DNA of 64,000 bases, from contig JBHGNT010000001.1 of NCBI GenBank assembly GCA_043228905.1, forward strand, positions 18,104,001 through 18,168,000. Direction: 5' to 3'. Numbering within the stretch: the stretch's first letter is position 1; each line of letters begins with the position of its first letter. Source of the stretch: Azolla caroliniana. Its lineage: Eukaryota > Plantae > Polypodiophyta. Positions 35,050 to 47,974 of the stretch are shown piece after piece. The notes under the pieces are model-generated. The model saw nothing but the letters and a program-made list of their open reading frames with translations, had not been told where the DNA came from and did no database searches. The translations under genes and the position numbers were made by a program.

Positions 35050-38000
35050 TTATTGTGTAGTGTTTTCAATACTCCCCCTCAAACTTGGCAGATCAGGGAT
35101 CGTCAATCCGAGATCGGTCAGGAATTGCCACAACTTGTCGGCTCCTAAGGCTTTAGTGAAGATGTCGGCCGTTTGGAGATTGATGCTAATGTGTTGTAGG
35201 TCGACATCGCCAGCTAGAACGTGCTCTCGAATGAAGTGATAGTGATAGTGCACTTCGATGTGCTTTGTCCGCGCGTGGAACACCGGGTTCCGAGCCAGAT
35301 AGATATTGCTCATGTTGTCGCAGTAAAGGGAAGTCGGATCTTTGATGGGTATGCCCAGATCCTTGAGTATTCTTTTGAGCCATACGGCTTCACATGTGGC
35401 CACTACTACGCTCCTATATTCCACCTCTGTGCTCGAAAGAGCGACAGTTGGTTGCTTTTTATTGCTCCAGGATATTGCTCTGCTGCCGAGGGAAAAAACA
35501 AATCCAGGGGTTGATCTTCTATCGGCTTTGTAACTGGCCAAATCGGCGTCTGGTACCCCTCGAGTTGTATTGGCATCGCGGTCTTGTAGAGGATATCGCA
35601 ATCCATTGTGCCGCTCACGTATCGTAGAACTCGTTTAGCACAATCCAAGTGAGTATTACGCGGTGTTTGCATGAATTGGCTAAGGAGACCGACTAGATAA
35701 CTGAGATCAGGTCGAGTAATCGTGAGGTAGATGAGACTCCCGATGAGTTGCCGATACTGAGTCGGCTCACACGCTTTGGTGCCAGAGTTCGCATCTAGTT
35801 TGAGATTGCGATCGAGCGGGGTTGCGGCGGATTTGCACTCAGCTATCCCGAACTTGTATAACAAGTTGAGGATATAGTGCCATTGAGAGATCATGATTCC
35901 GATCGGAGTCCGAATTACCTCTATGTTGAGGAAGTAGTGGAGCTCCTTCATGTCTGTCATTTCGAACTTGTCGGAAAGGAGGGATTTGACCTTATTGATT
36001 TCGACGAGATGCTCACCTCCAATGACTAGGCCATCTACATATAAGATGATGACGATCGGACTTGCGGAATCGCTTTGTATGTAGAGGGAGTTGTCCGATT
36101 TTGACATATGGAAGCCAATTTGATGAAGATATTGCGTTATCTTTGAATGCCAAGCACGCGGTGCTTGCTTGAGGCCATAGAGTGGCTTCTTGAGCCGGCA
36201 TACAACTTTTGGATGGGTGCTCGAGTTGAAGCTGGGTGGTTGTATCATGTACACCTCCTCTTCTAATTCACCTTGTAGAAAGGCGTTTGTGACGTCCATT
36301 TGATGGAGGTGCCACCCTTTCGCCGTAGCAAGCGCAATTATGGTTTGTACCCTCATCATCTTTGCCACCGGGGCGAAGGTCTTCTCGTAGTCAACTTCGT
36401 GCGTTTGGGCGTAGCCTTTCGCTACGAGTCGCACTTTCTAGTGGTTGACGAAACCGTCGGCGTTGTACTTCACTTTGTAAATCCATCTGCATCCGATCGC
36501 CTTTTTGTGTGGTGAGGTGGGAATGAGATCCCATGTCTCGTTCTTGCGTAGTGCTTGCATCTCCTCGTTCATGGCTTCGATCCATCGCGGATCCTTGGCT
36601 GCTTTGGAAAATGTTTCCGGCTCGCGTACTGTTGCCACCTTCATCATAAAGGCATAGTGATATGCCATGTAGCCGTTGTAGCCGAATCAGCTGACCAGAT
36701 TTCTTTCACGGGTGGAGTGATGAGGGCTTTCTTAGCTCCGATTGGTACATTGAAGTCGCCGAACTCACTATCGAGTGAGGGAGTCGACTCATCGTCGTCG
36801 AAGCGATCGTCTTCGTATTCCGCCATTTTCGCCTTGCCTTTGTCCATCTTCGGACTAGGCCGTGATGTGCTTTGATCGCTCAAAGGCTCTTGTGGTCCGC
36901 TCAGTCGGGTCGTGATCGAACTTTCTTCGAACATGCACGTAAGGTGAGTTTCATCCTCTTGTTCGGCGGATTCTGGGTCGAGCGGAGTCGGACTCAAAGT
37001 TGTCTCTGGTGCGTACTAGGATGCGGACTCGTCAAAAACGACGTCTCGACTTACTCGAGATTTTCGAGTTGAGGGGTTGTAGCACTTGTACCCCTTTTGC
37101 TCTAGTGAGTATCTTACGAGGATACATTTCTCCGACTTCGGGTCAAGCTTTTGACGCTTCTCGTCGGGGATGTGCATGTATGCTATCCCGCCGAATATCC
37201 GGGTGTGCGATAAGTCCAGCTTCTTTTCCGAAGTATTTTTCGTGCGGAGTGACCTCATGCACTCCGGATGTTGTACACCGGTTCATTAGGTAGACGGCCA
37301 TATTTGCAGCTTTGGCCCAATATGACTTGGGCATATCCTTCTCGTTCATTGCGCTACTTCGAGGATGTGCCGATTTTTGCGCTCGGCTACTCTATTTTGT
37401 TGTGGAGTGTGTCGGCAAGTGAATTCTCTCCGAATTCCTTCCTTTCGGAGATAGGCAGTGAAATCTTCCAAGAAGTACTCCTTGCCGCCATCCGATCGAA
37501 GGCATCGTACATGATGGCCCGTGGTTTTCTCGACTTCATTCTTGAATTTTTGGAAGTGTCCGAACACTTCGCCCTTTTGCCGCATCGGATAGATCCAAGT
37601 GTGCCTAGAGAAGTTGTCGATGAAGAGCACGTAATATCGGCATCCGCCGAATGTGCCCGTCTGCGTCGGTCCCCATACGTCGGAATGGACTACGTCGAGT
37701 AAACCTTTGATCACGTTCCGCTCTTTCGGGAATGGGTGTCGGTGTTGCTTGCCGAATTGGCACGCTTCGCATACACCTTCAATCTCCTTCTCTTGGAATG
37801 TCGGGAGTCCGATGACAACTCCTTTCGATTTCATTGGTTTGAGTTTGTTGAGATTGATGTGGCCGATTCTCTTGTGACATAGCTCTATGTCGGAGTCGGC
37901 TTTCATGCTTCTTGCGAACATGGTGGATTTCATCTCTTGTGAATCGAGAATGAACATTTGGCCCTCTCTTCTTCCGTGTGCGATGATTCAGCCCTCTTTT

Positions 38001-39288
38001 TCGATGAAGCACCCTTCTTGGTCGAATCGGACTTGCATCCCTTGCTCAACCATTTGGCTGACTAAGACCAAATTCTTCGTGATGGTGGGAACATGCAAGA
38101 CATTTTTAATGTATGTTTGCTTACCTCTTTCGTCGAACGGAACATTGTCGATGTGCCGAATCGAGTGCGTACTGTCATCTCCAGTTTCGACATAACCGGG
38201 TCATTCCGGCTCTCGAAGTTCAAGAAACCATTCTTTAAGAGATGTCATATGGTTTGAGGCTCCGGAGTCAACAAACCATACGTCCTCCGGATTGAGGGCA
38301 CTAGTTGAGGTAGAGGCTGACATAGAGTTTTCTCTATGTTTCCATTATGAACATTCCGCCACGGTCGGAGTTGTGTGCGTACATTCCGCTATACTCTTCG
38401 TAGTCGGAATTGTGCGTGTAATTCGTGAGTTGTCGGCTTGTGGAAGCCGATTCGCGCATCTTCTTTCGGCACTCTTCTTCGTGGTGGCCGAACTTTCCGC
38501 AATGTCCGCATTTGGTTGTGTTTTGACGGCTCGGGCCAGAGTGGAAGCTCCCCCTTCTTGCGAAGGTTCCTCTTTGGCTTCCGTTTTGCGGCCGAAATTG
38601 GGAGTTGTTGTCATAGGTCGGACCTCGTCCGCCTTGTCCTTGGCCGAATCGGTCTCTCACTCGTCCGCGTCCTCTTCCTCCATTTGAGTGCGTGTAGAGC
38701 ATGTGGCCTTCCAACTCATTGCTCCTTGTACGCACATGGTTTCTTCAACCAATAGCATTGATTGGAGCTCGAAGAAGGAGGGAGATTTCTCCCGTGCTAG
38801 AATGGCGGTTCGCATCACGCCGAACCGTGGTGCGAGGCCGTTGAGGGATATTTGCACCATCTCATCATCATCGATATTTATGCTTATCGAGCCAAGCGAA
38901 TCGCAAAGCTCCTTGATCTTCGAGGTGTATGTCGTGATGGACATGTCCCTTTGTTGAATGTTGTTCAACTCTTGGCGGAGTTGAAGCCTTCTTGCGGTTG
39001 TGTTCGCCTTGAAAATCTTTCGTAGATTTTCCCATGCCTCCTTCGGCGTCTTGGCTTTGCGAATGTAGACGAGCATGTGATCTGAACACATGTCGCCAAG
39101 CAATACATCATGCGGCTTGCGGCTGGCTCCCATGTCGCGTATCCGGGAGCCGCTTCGGCGGGTCAGTCTTCGTGCTCTCCTTTGATGTAGCTCTAATAGC
39201 CTTGTCCGACAAGGTATTGGTGCATCTTATACTCCCAAGATGCGAAGTTGTTTCGATCCAACTTCTCGGTAGGGAGAGTGCTCCTCAT
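35050..39288 (-). pseudogene. I gag-pol with frameshifts and stops
   Basis: CGHCGKFGHHEEEC knuckle, WFVDSGASNHMT, HSDVWGP/RSDGGKEY, LYGLKQAPRAW, RTKHIEV. Confidence 0.95.
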
Positions 39289-40526
39289 TTGAGTATTCAT
39301 TATGTCGATTCTTCTTCTTCTTCTTCTCTCTTCGAATGCGAGTTATGTAGCGAAGCTACGATAGCGATGAGCCGGTTCTTCTTGAACGTTGGCGCAGATG
39401 GGCTAGATGGAGCTACCAAACCGCTCTGATACCATGTAAAGAATTGGATATGATTATTGTGAAGCGGAAGAGATGTGAGTTATGTGTGTGTATGAGAGAG
39501 AGAGAGAGTGAGTGAGAGAGACCAAGGAGTAAAACACAGAGAATACGCAAGGTAAAGTATATTAACAAAGGAGAAAGACTCAACATATACAAGGTGGGAG
39601 GAGGGTGCTTTATATAGTCACCCTCTCTCTTCATTAACTACAAGACTCATGGAGCATGGGGAATGTGAAAGCTCATAAGTTATGTGTCATAGAATATGAT
39701 TCTATGACTCATACTAAATGCTAGAATACAAAGAGGTGACATAATGCTAACTCTTGACCGTTGGAGTGTCTATTCACTCTCAAGGTGAGTTCACACACTA
39801 GACCAAGTTCAGCTTGATTCTCAACAGAATCTGTCGACAAAAGATAGGACTAGCTGACTCCCTCCCACATGAGTGATTGGGGAGTTTGTTAGGAATATGT
39901 CCCTCTTTTAGGAAGAGCCGAAAGTCGATGACATGGAGGGTCTACAATAGATGATCCAAGTCGAAGATAAGACGGGTTGGCCAGGTTGACTAGATAGTCG
40001 ACATAGGAGTCGACTAGTCTATCTGATTAGTCTGCTGATTAACTGTTACTGTTATTACTATAATTATAACAGGAATAATAGTAGTAGAGGCTACATCTGC
40101 ACATAGCCCACATTGTGTATAAGTATAAATACACCTAGGGAAAACTTATATGCGGTGTAGAACATAATAGTGTAGAATAGAGCTTCTATAGTGTAGAAAA
40201 GCTAGAGAGAAGAAGAGTGACGTGAGAGAGAGAGAGAGAGAGAGCGTGCAAACATAGACAGAGAGGTACTTCTTGTCTGAACCCTAAGGGGAATACTCTG
40301 TTGTGCAAAGGTTGTAATATGTTTTCCTTCTCTTGTACACCCACTATTATAGTGAAGATCTGTTCTCCCGTGGTTTTCCCTTGGTTTAGGGTTTCCACGA
40401 TAAAACCTGTGTATTTCGTGTACTGTGCATAGTACTCTCGTCTATTTGTTGTTTTCTGTTTCTTGAGTTGTGTATCTTCTGTCGATTTATCTTGTCTACT
40501 TGTGGTCCATTTCCCATCGAAACTTG

Positions 40527-40930
40527 CATGACTAACAATCGCAACGGTTTGGTTTGAGAGTGTCAAAACCAAATGTGTTTGAAACTTAACCGATTAAAAT
40601 TTTTCAAACCTGAACCGAATCGAACCATGAAACTATTTGAACGGAATATGCTCAAACCCAATCGTTAAAAAAATCCAAACCGTTAAATCCACGGTTTTGT
40701 GGTTTGGTTTTGGTTTTCAACTACGATCAAATTTAAATTTTAAACTTTTTAAAATTTTCATTTTTTTAATTTTTAATTTTTCAAAATTTTAAATATTTTC
40801 CCAAAATGTGAGAATTAGGCTTCAAAATGAAAAGATTGTTTTAAAAAAAAATTAATTTTAAACAAAAAATTTTAAAAACCAATTAAGCCATGTAAAGAAT
40901 CAGGCGTGATTCTGTGCAACAGAAGTGATT

Positions 40931-40976
<46 letters not shown>

Positions 40977-41384
40977 CACAACGTATATAGAAAACAAGAA
41001 AAAATTGTATTCACAAGGAGCAAGATGAACCAACAATTACAAAGAGAAGGAGAGGGTGCTTATGTAGTCACCTTCTCTCTATGTTCTCTCACTACAACCA
41101 CCACTTGGAAAAGAGGTGGAGACTTAACTTCTATGACACTTAGTTTATAATACAATGAGGTGGGATGTCAACACTAGGGAAGTTGAGATTAATTCTGAAC
41201 AAGCCGTTTAAACCATAGTTTCTAACCGTTGAAACCGAATCGAACCGAATGTTCATCCCCCAAACCAAACTGAACCATTAAAAAAACCCTAAACCCTAAA
41301 CCAAACCGAACCATTTAAATCGCTAAGTCGTCGTTTCACGGTTTGGTTCTATTCAAACCAAACCGTTGTTGATTGTTATGCGTG
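40527..41384. mobile_element. Non-autonomous TIR element (MITE/hAT-like)
   Basis: About 30-bp imperfect TIRs (CATGACTAACAATCGCAACGGTTTGGTTTGA ... TCAAACCAAACCGTTGTTGATTGTTATGCGTG). Many AACCG subterminal motifs. No TSD found. Confidence 0.55.
40891..41201 (-). mobile_element. Solo Copia LTR related to the I LTR
   Basis: TGTAAAGAAT...GAACA. TSD AGCCA/AGCCG. Contains a (TG)n(AG)n tract like the I LTR. Confidence 0.85.
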
Positions 41385-42852
41385 ACCATAACTTCTAATC
41401 TAAAAGATGTATGATGAGGGTTTTATAACTAATAGCAAAGTTCGTCCTTCACCATGAAAATGTGTGCTTTATAAGACGTTCTAGATTCAGACTCATTTTT
41501 GCAACTGTGGTCACTATCATGTAATTCAGTGTAATATGTATTAGCATTAATGTCCACGATATTTTTAAGATGTTGAATATTAAAAAGTGTATTTAATAAT
41601 GGAACTTTGCAAACATAGCATGTCAAATTATAGGACAAGGATACCTTTAATCATTGTGTCTAGATTGTTGCACAGAGTTGTAATGCTTATGGATCCATTT
41701 GAAAGTGTCTAGTTTAATTGTTATAATGCCAATCCTCACGAATAAAGGGATGAGATCAAGCTTGTTACATTAGATGTAGGTTACATTAGGTGTCAATGGT
41801 ATTGGTAATAAATACAAGTGTGCAAAGTAGAAACATTATGTGAATATATACTAATAAACTTAGAAGAAGATGTTAGCACACGTACGAATACAAGGAAAGA
41901 ATACTTTGTCAACTCTAAAACGGAAAATTGAATCAAACTAGGCATTTCACAAGTTCAATTAGTTCTTAATTATTATGATTACAATACGAATCTTGCAAAT
42001 CTAGTGTTTGTCATTTATATTTTTGGTGGTAATGTAGGGATTACCATTTTGAAGCTAAAGTATTTAAACATGTTGTAATTATCTCTCGCATGCTTGCAAA
42101 TTGTACATTAATATTCAACTTGATTTTGTAATTTTGAATAGCCCCACATAATGTTTGACTTGACATTTTAATGTAGTAAATATTATGTAGGTGGAATTTC
42201 CACGTACATTGTACAAGTACATGCATATTCTTACAACATTTTGGCTATATGACCATTCTTTGAATACCTTAATGTTCTCTTGTGGAATGGAATTGGTATT
42301 TGGTTTTCAAATGAATATGACTCACACTATAGATGGGGTTGTAGGTGCATAGAAACCCATTTTTAACTAGGATTTGGTTACATAACAATTTAGGGTAAAT
42401 GAACCATAACATACTAGGGTTGATGACCACTCAATATATCAACTAATATATATCATGTTAGCATTTATTGACTTGTATTACTAGTATGTAAATGTAGTAG
42501 ATACCTACCTACCTATATGCATTAGCTTCCGTTTTGCACAATAGGTGGTTCAAGAGTTCCTTTTGATGCATACTAAATGTTCAAGTTTGGTTTCTTTTTG
42601 TTGTTGTGAATATTGGAAGCCATTATTGTCATTAAAGATGCTCACCCTTTCACCTCACAACAATTTCAAAGAGGAATCTTAATCACTTTTGAGTTAGCAT
42701 AGTCAATTAGAATGATAATAATAGAAAATATATGTAGCTTGATTCGTAGTCTATCAAGCTAGACAAATTTTGTGACCCAACAAACAAGATGTTATGATAT
42801 ATATTCTGTTCCTTGAGGCAAATGAATTGGTATTAAATTAGGCACATTGTCA

Positions 42853-43269
42853 TTAATTTGAATTGTAATTCACAATTTGACGATTATAGACCCATAAGCT
42901 TTACCATAGCACGATAGTGTAATCTATTATGAATGTATGATCTATGATCCCAAAGTAGAAACATGAAGAATGTGACACTAGATCTATCAACCTGATTTTA
43001 ATTCACAATTTCAATCTATTAATTTGAATTTGAATTCACAATTTGACGGTTATAGACCCATAAGCTTTACCACAACACGATAGTGTAATCTATTATGAAT
43101 GTATGATCTATGATCCCAAAGTAGAAACATGAAGAATGTGACACTAGATCTATCAACCTGATTTTAATTCACAATTTCGATCTATTAATTTGAATTTGAA
43201 TTCACAATTTGACGGTTATAGACCCATAAGCTTTACCACAACACGATAGTGTAATCTTTTATGAATGTA
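42853..43269. repeat. 166-bp tandem repeat, about 2.5 copies
   Basis: TAGACCC anchors at 42887, 43053, 43219. Confidence 0.9.
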
Positions 43270-44199
43270 AAATAGTCAAATGAGAAGTGCTTATTACATG
43301 TGAGATACCTTTAGCGTTGGAATGTTTTAAGAACTACTAATGTTGAAAGGGGGATCTCACCTTCGTGAATATCAATTGCCCCAATCTATGAAACTTATTG
43401 CTAGAAGAAAATGCATGCAAAGGGAAATTGAAGTTGTAAACTTGCTTATCTTCTTTGTGATTATAACTTTACCATGGTTAATAATAAGAGAATTTTGTTC
43501 CTAGCGTACTTAAGAGTCAAATAATCACATCATCCTTTACCTTCAATATTATACATGACTACTTGTTATTGTGGGGTGTAGTGGAAGATTTTGGCCACAA
43601 GAATCTATTCCAATAGGCAATCAAACACATTTGGTTGTTTATTGGGCAACACTTTCCCGACTCAACTACTCAGTTGAGAGGGTTGACCACAAATTCATTA
43701 AGGTAGAAGGTGCCCCATGTTTTGAAGATCACATGAGGGACACACAAGTTCAAAGTTAAGCCTGAACATGGCATCAATACAAGTTGGACATGACTAAACC
43801 CACTAGCATTGTGTGGTTTTCCCCACATATTGTACCACCAATACTAAAGTGTTATGGCCGTGAACGAATGGATGTCGCGTAAAGAAGATAAGTTGAGGCA
43901 ACAAATGTGCACATATGTACATCACACAATTGTGTAAGATCATAAAATATTAATGTATTCACACTAAAGGTGCCACAAGGGTAATAGTGTAACACATTAT
44001 CTTCTTTTAAAATAACGTCAGAGCTAATAAAAGAAAAAGCATGCTCGACCTAACTAAAGCAATTAACAAAATATATGAATAGGGATATTTAACACCATGG
44101 GGGGACTTTATCATTTTATTAGGCTCTAGAAATTTATAATCAAGATTCTTTTAATTGATCCTATAATCAATCTACTTCTATTCCTTTTTTATCCTACAA

Positions 44200-45200
44200 T
44201 CAATCATAGTATTCTTTCTTTCCCTTCAATTGTTACTATTGATCTTACAATCAACTTATTCTTTATATTCTACTTCAAAAATCTAAGATGTTGTGTTCGT
44301 TGCACAGTTGTGCCTCAAAACTTCATTAAATCTTAATTCTACTACTTTCTCATTACGTCTTAATCCAATTCTTGGTGAATAACCCTAGCAGTTCCACTCA
44401 CAAACATGTGACTTCTAGTGGAAAACAATTTTTATGAAACCAGTTGGATTAGTCTTACATTAGTATTCTATCTTTCCCTTCAATCTTTATTATTGATCTA
44501 ACAATCAACTAATTCTTTATCTTCTACTTCAAAAATCTAAGATATTGTGTTGGTTGCGCAGTTGTGCCACAAAATTTCATTAAATCTTAATTCTACTACT
44601 TTCTCATTATGTCTTAATCTAATTCTTGGTGAATAACCTTAGCAGTTCCACTCACGAACATGTGACTTCTAGTGGAAAACAATCTTTACGAAACTGGTTG
44701 GATTAGTCATACACTCGTGACTATTGATCTAACAATCAACTAATTCTTTATCTTCTACTTCAAAAATCTAAGATATTGTGTTCATTGCACAGTTGTGCCT
44801 CTAAACTTCATTAAATCTTAATTCTACTACTTTCTCATTATGTCTTAGTCTAGTTCTTGGTGAATAACCCTAGCAGTTCCACTCACAAACATGTGACTTC
44901 TAGTGGGAAACAATCTTTACGAAACCGGTTGGATTAGTCATACACTAGTATTCTATCTTTTCTTTCGATCGTTACTATTGATCTTACAATCAACTAATTC
45001 TTTATCTTCTACATCAAAAATCTAAGATATTGTGTTCGTTGCACAGTTGTGCATCAAAACTTCATTTAATCGTAATTCTAGTAGCTCATTACGTCTTAAT
45101 CCAGTTCTTGGCGAATAACCCTAGTAGTTCCACTCATGTACATGTGACTTCTAGTGAAAAACAATCTTTAGGAAACTGGTCGGATTAATCATACACTCGA
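44200..45200. repeat. About 254-bp tandem repeat, 4 copies
   Basis: AATCTAAGAT anchors near 44280, 44534, 44765, 45019. Confidence 0.9.
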
Positions 45201-45559
45201 CGCCCAAACCTCTGTTAATTAATTACTAACAATAACATAATTGGTATAATTCATCACCTAATTAAACCATAGGGGGAGGAGTCGATAAGGATCTAGACAA
45301 CAAAATGCTAATAGTTATTAATCTTCTCCAAAATCATCCATGGGGTGTTACCCAATGCTTAAGGTAGATTTTGGTGATGGAGGTGAGATCCTGTCTCCAT
45401 CACTTTCATTGTCCTTACAGTCTTACCTTAATGATCTTATTTAAAGTATATAGTTATACTATATGGAACAACTAATTCAAAATGCTAAAGATTCAACTTG
45501 TAATAAAATGGTTCCATTACAACATTTCCTTATAAATGGTCTATTTATAAAAGTCTGAT

Positions 45560-46800
45560 GGATGGCCAACATGTAGGACATTAGTTTGAAAATAACAAAT
45601 GCAAATATAAAAAAACAAAATCTAGTAGTTTTGTTGATGACATTCCTACAAGATGGATGTTATAACGAGGGGGTTGTAATGGTGTCTTAATTGATATTTA
45701 TATTTTCTCTATGAGGTCAAATTGGTTGGCGGGAGGATTACACAACTTGACTACATTAAAAGATTATTATGCTATGGTCTGTGCAGATTATTATCTTGAT
45801 GGCTAAGCATTAATGAAGTTCTCCAAGTTCCTTTACCTTGAACTTTTCTTCCAATATGCCATTTTCCTTATGTATATGCTCTACCACGTATCATCTTATA
45901 ATGAGGTCATCAACACATATTGTGGTGAATATTATTCCCTGATTGTCTTCTTGAATGTACATGAGTGATTAGATATTGACATGTGGAATTTTTTATATGC
46001 TCTAAATTCTTTTTCAATTAATAGTGGCAAGTCACAATTCTTGCTTTACACTGTAAAGGGCATTCTGAAGCCTAAAAGGTTATCCTTTGCTTGTTTCCAA
46101 GCTCAATATTGTGCAAATGGTTTTTGTAGAAAGTAGCGTGCGGAAGCAGGTATGAAGACAGATCAGAGGAAGGAAACACAGGTTCAATGGAGAGCTTGGG
46201 CTTACACGGTATACACGGGAGAGACAGAGAGAGTAGACACAAAAAACTATATTCAACAATAATACTCAGTCTGTACATAAGACGTGCTCAGTGAACACTT
46301 TTATACAAGTCCTGGAAGGACTGACCGAAGTACTGACAGTACTTCAATGCTCATTAAGAGCTCCTACACTAACTCCCAAATATATTCCTTACGGAATATC
46401 TTTCCTAACGACCTCCCGGTTTACGCACTCGGCCTAACCGATCGGTCCCAACCGATCCGGTCCTCGGCTTCTTCAGCCGATCCGGCCGATGTTGAGCTTG
46501 TCTCTCAACAGTTTTCATTATGGAAATTGGGGAAAATGCATCATTATAACCAATTCTTTGAGTTTGGGCATAATGTTTTGCAACATTAGTCAAGATTTCT
46601 TTCATCTTACCCCTTTATATGCATATTCTTCACTTTGTAAACCCTCTTGCATGCAACTTCCTTTCTTTTGTGTGGTAATGGATCAAAATCTTACAATCGA
46701 TTTTGTCTTATGGCTTTTATTTACTTCCTTAATAGCTTCTTCCCATTCAGGGTTTCCTCGAGCTTACTCAGCTCTTTGGTTTAGTCAGTTCCTAATCTCT
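45560..46800 (-). pseudogene. Very old Copia RT remnant
   Basis: Degenerate motifs AKHYAQTQRIGYNDAFSP, ALYSVKQ, ICVDDLII, EKFKVKELGELH. Boundaries approximate. Confidence 0.7.
46125..46510 (-). mobile_element. Solo Copia LTR of the H family
   Basis: Homologous to 28854-29256. TSD GTTTT on both sides. Confidence 0.92.
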
Positions 46801-46939
46801 AGGTTCACAGGTCGGATACCCAATCCCTGGCTAACCTTGACCAAAGATAGTGGTAGGAGGGGTGGTGATAATTTCCAAACCGCAATTGGATCTTAACAAT
46901 AACCGGAATTAAGTATAAATAGAATTCGTCGGAGCGCGA

Positions 46940-47350
46940 ATTTTCTTCACTCTCATACCTTTCCCTTGACAACATATTAGCCACCACATTATGCTTCCCA
47001 GTTATATGTAGAATCTCCACGTTCAGCGACTTGATATAGGCAATCCATCGTAGCATAGCAATATTTGGTGTAGCACAACCAGATATCATCTTGAAAATAG
47101 GTAGACAATCTTTTTTTATTACAACTTCCATTCTGATGAGGTAATCGCGATCGGTTTTAACCATAGATACTATTCCCCATAACTCTCTCTTCACTTGGGC
47201 GTACTTTCTTTGTCTTCACTCAACACCTTTGCACTGAATTGGATTGCATATCGATTCTTCTCTGGGTCTTCTTGGTTAATCACCCATCCAATCTTGGTTG
47301 GGCTTGTGTCCATTGTCACAAATATCAGAATACCTTCGGTGTAGTTGGTT
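46940..47350 (-). pseudogene. RNase H fragment of an A-clade Gypsy
   Basis: Motifs MDTSPTKIGWVINQ, KRELWGIVS, AMLRWIAYIKSLN. Confidence 0.85.
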
Positions 47351-47549
47351 TGCATTGTTACTGGTCGAGGGTAACACATTGTCAGATACTCGTTCCTTTG
47401 GTATTCGGCTCCAGGTCTTGTGGTCGGGAGGTGGTGGTATAGGCAAGTTCGTTAGCAAAGCCTAGCAATGCATCCAAGTCTAATGACCTATGTGACTACG
47501 AATTGAACTATTATAACTATGGAGGCTGAAACCCGAGCTAGCTACAACC

Positions 47550-47886
47550 GAATGGTAACGTGCACAATACATAGAGCACTCGAAAGACGCTAAAAAAAAA
47601 GAAGACTCTCAACACAAAAATAGAGACAGAGTATAAGCAAATCAGATTTCTATTAACACACACAACTTTGTGGAATCTTAGGTGCGGAAGCTATAGGAAT
47701 CAGAGAACGGCCTCCCAAATATATTCCCTCACGGAATATCTGTTCAACGGCCTCCCAGTTTCCGCACCGATCCAACCTTTTGTTACGCACTGGTTTGTGC
47801 ACCAGTTTGCGCACCAATCCGGCCTAACCGATCCGATTCTCGGATTGCACAGCCGATCTGGCCAATGTTGAGCTTGTATCTCAACC
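47550..47886 (-). repeat. Degraded H-related Copia LTR; a second related copy at about 49765-50164 shares about 90 bp of downstream flank
   Basis: Both contain CCCAAATATATTCCCTCACGGAATATC and GTTGAGCTTGTATCTCAAC. 47887-47974 repeats at 50165-50252. Confidence 0.7.
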
Positions 47887-47974
47887 AACTTCATAGACTA
47901 TTATGTTCAATTACCCTTTACATTCTTTCCATGCCCCTTTTTAAAGGGATCATGGGTGGTTACGTTTAGAACGT

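Larger units (their letters stand above)
28799..39826 (-). mobile_element. Full-length degenerate Ty1/Copia element I
   Basis: TSD GAATC. 5' LTR at 39435-39826. 3' LTR at 28799-28853 + 34514-34848 (split by H). PBS TGGTATCAGAGC (tRNA-iMet). PPT at 34849-34860. Confidence 0.93.
28305..40519 (+). mobile_element. 3' part of Ty1/Copia element J (RT end/RNase H at 28305-28798 + 39832-39876; PPT; 3' LTR about 39887-40519)
   Basis: Motifs KWILRxLKG, ALSTTEAEY, LHCDNQ, TKHI. The frame continues after the I insertion. TGGGGAG then TGTTAGG marks the LTR start. LTR right end approximate. Confidence 0.75.
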
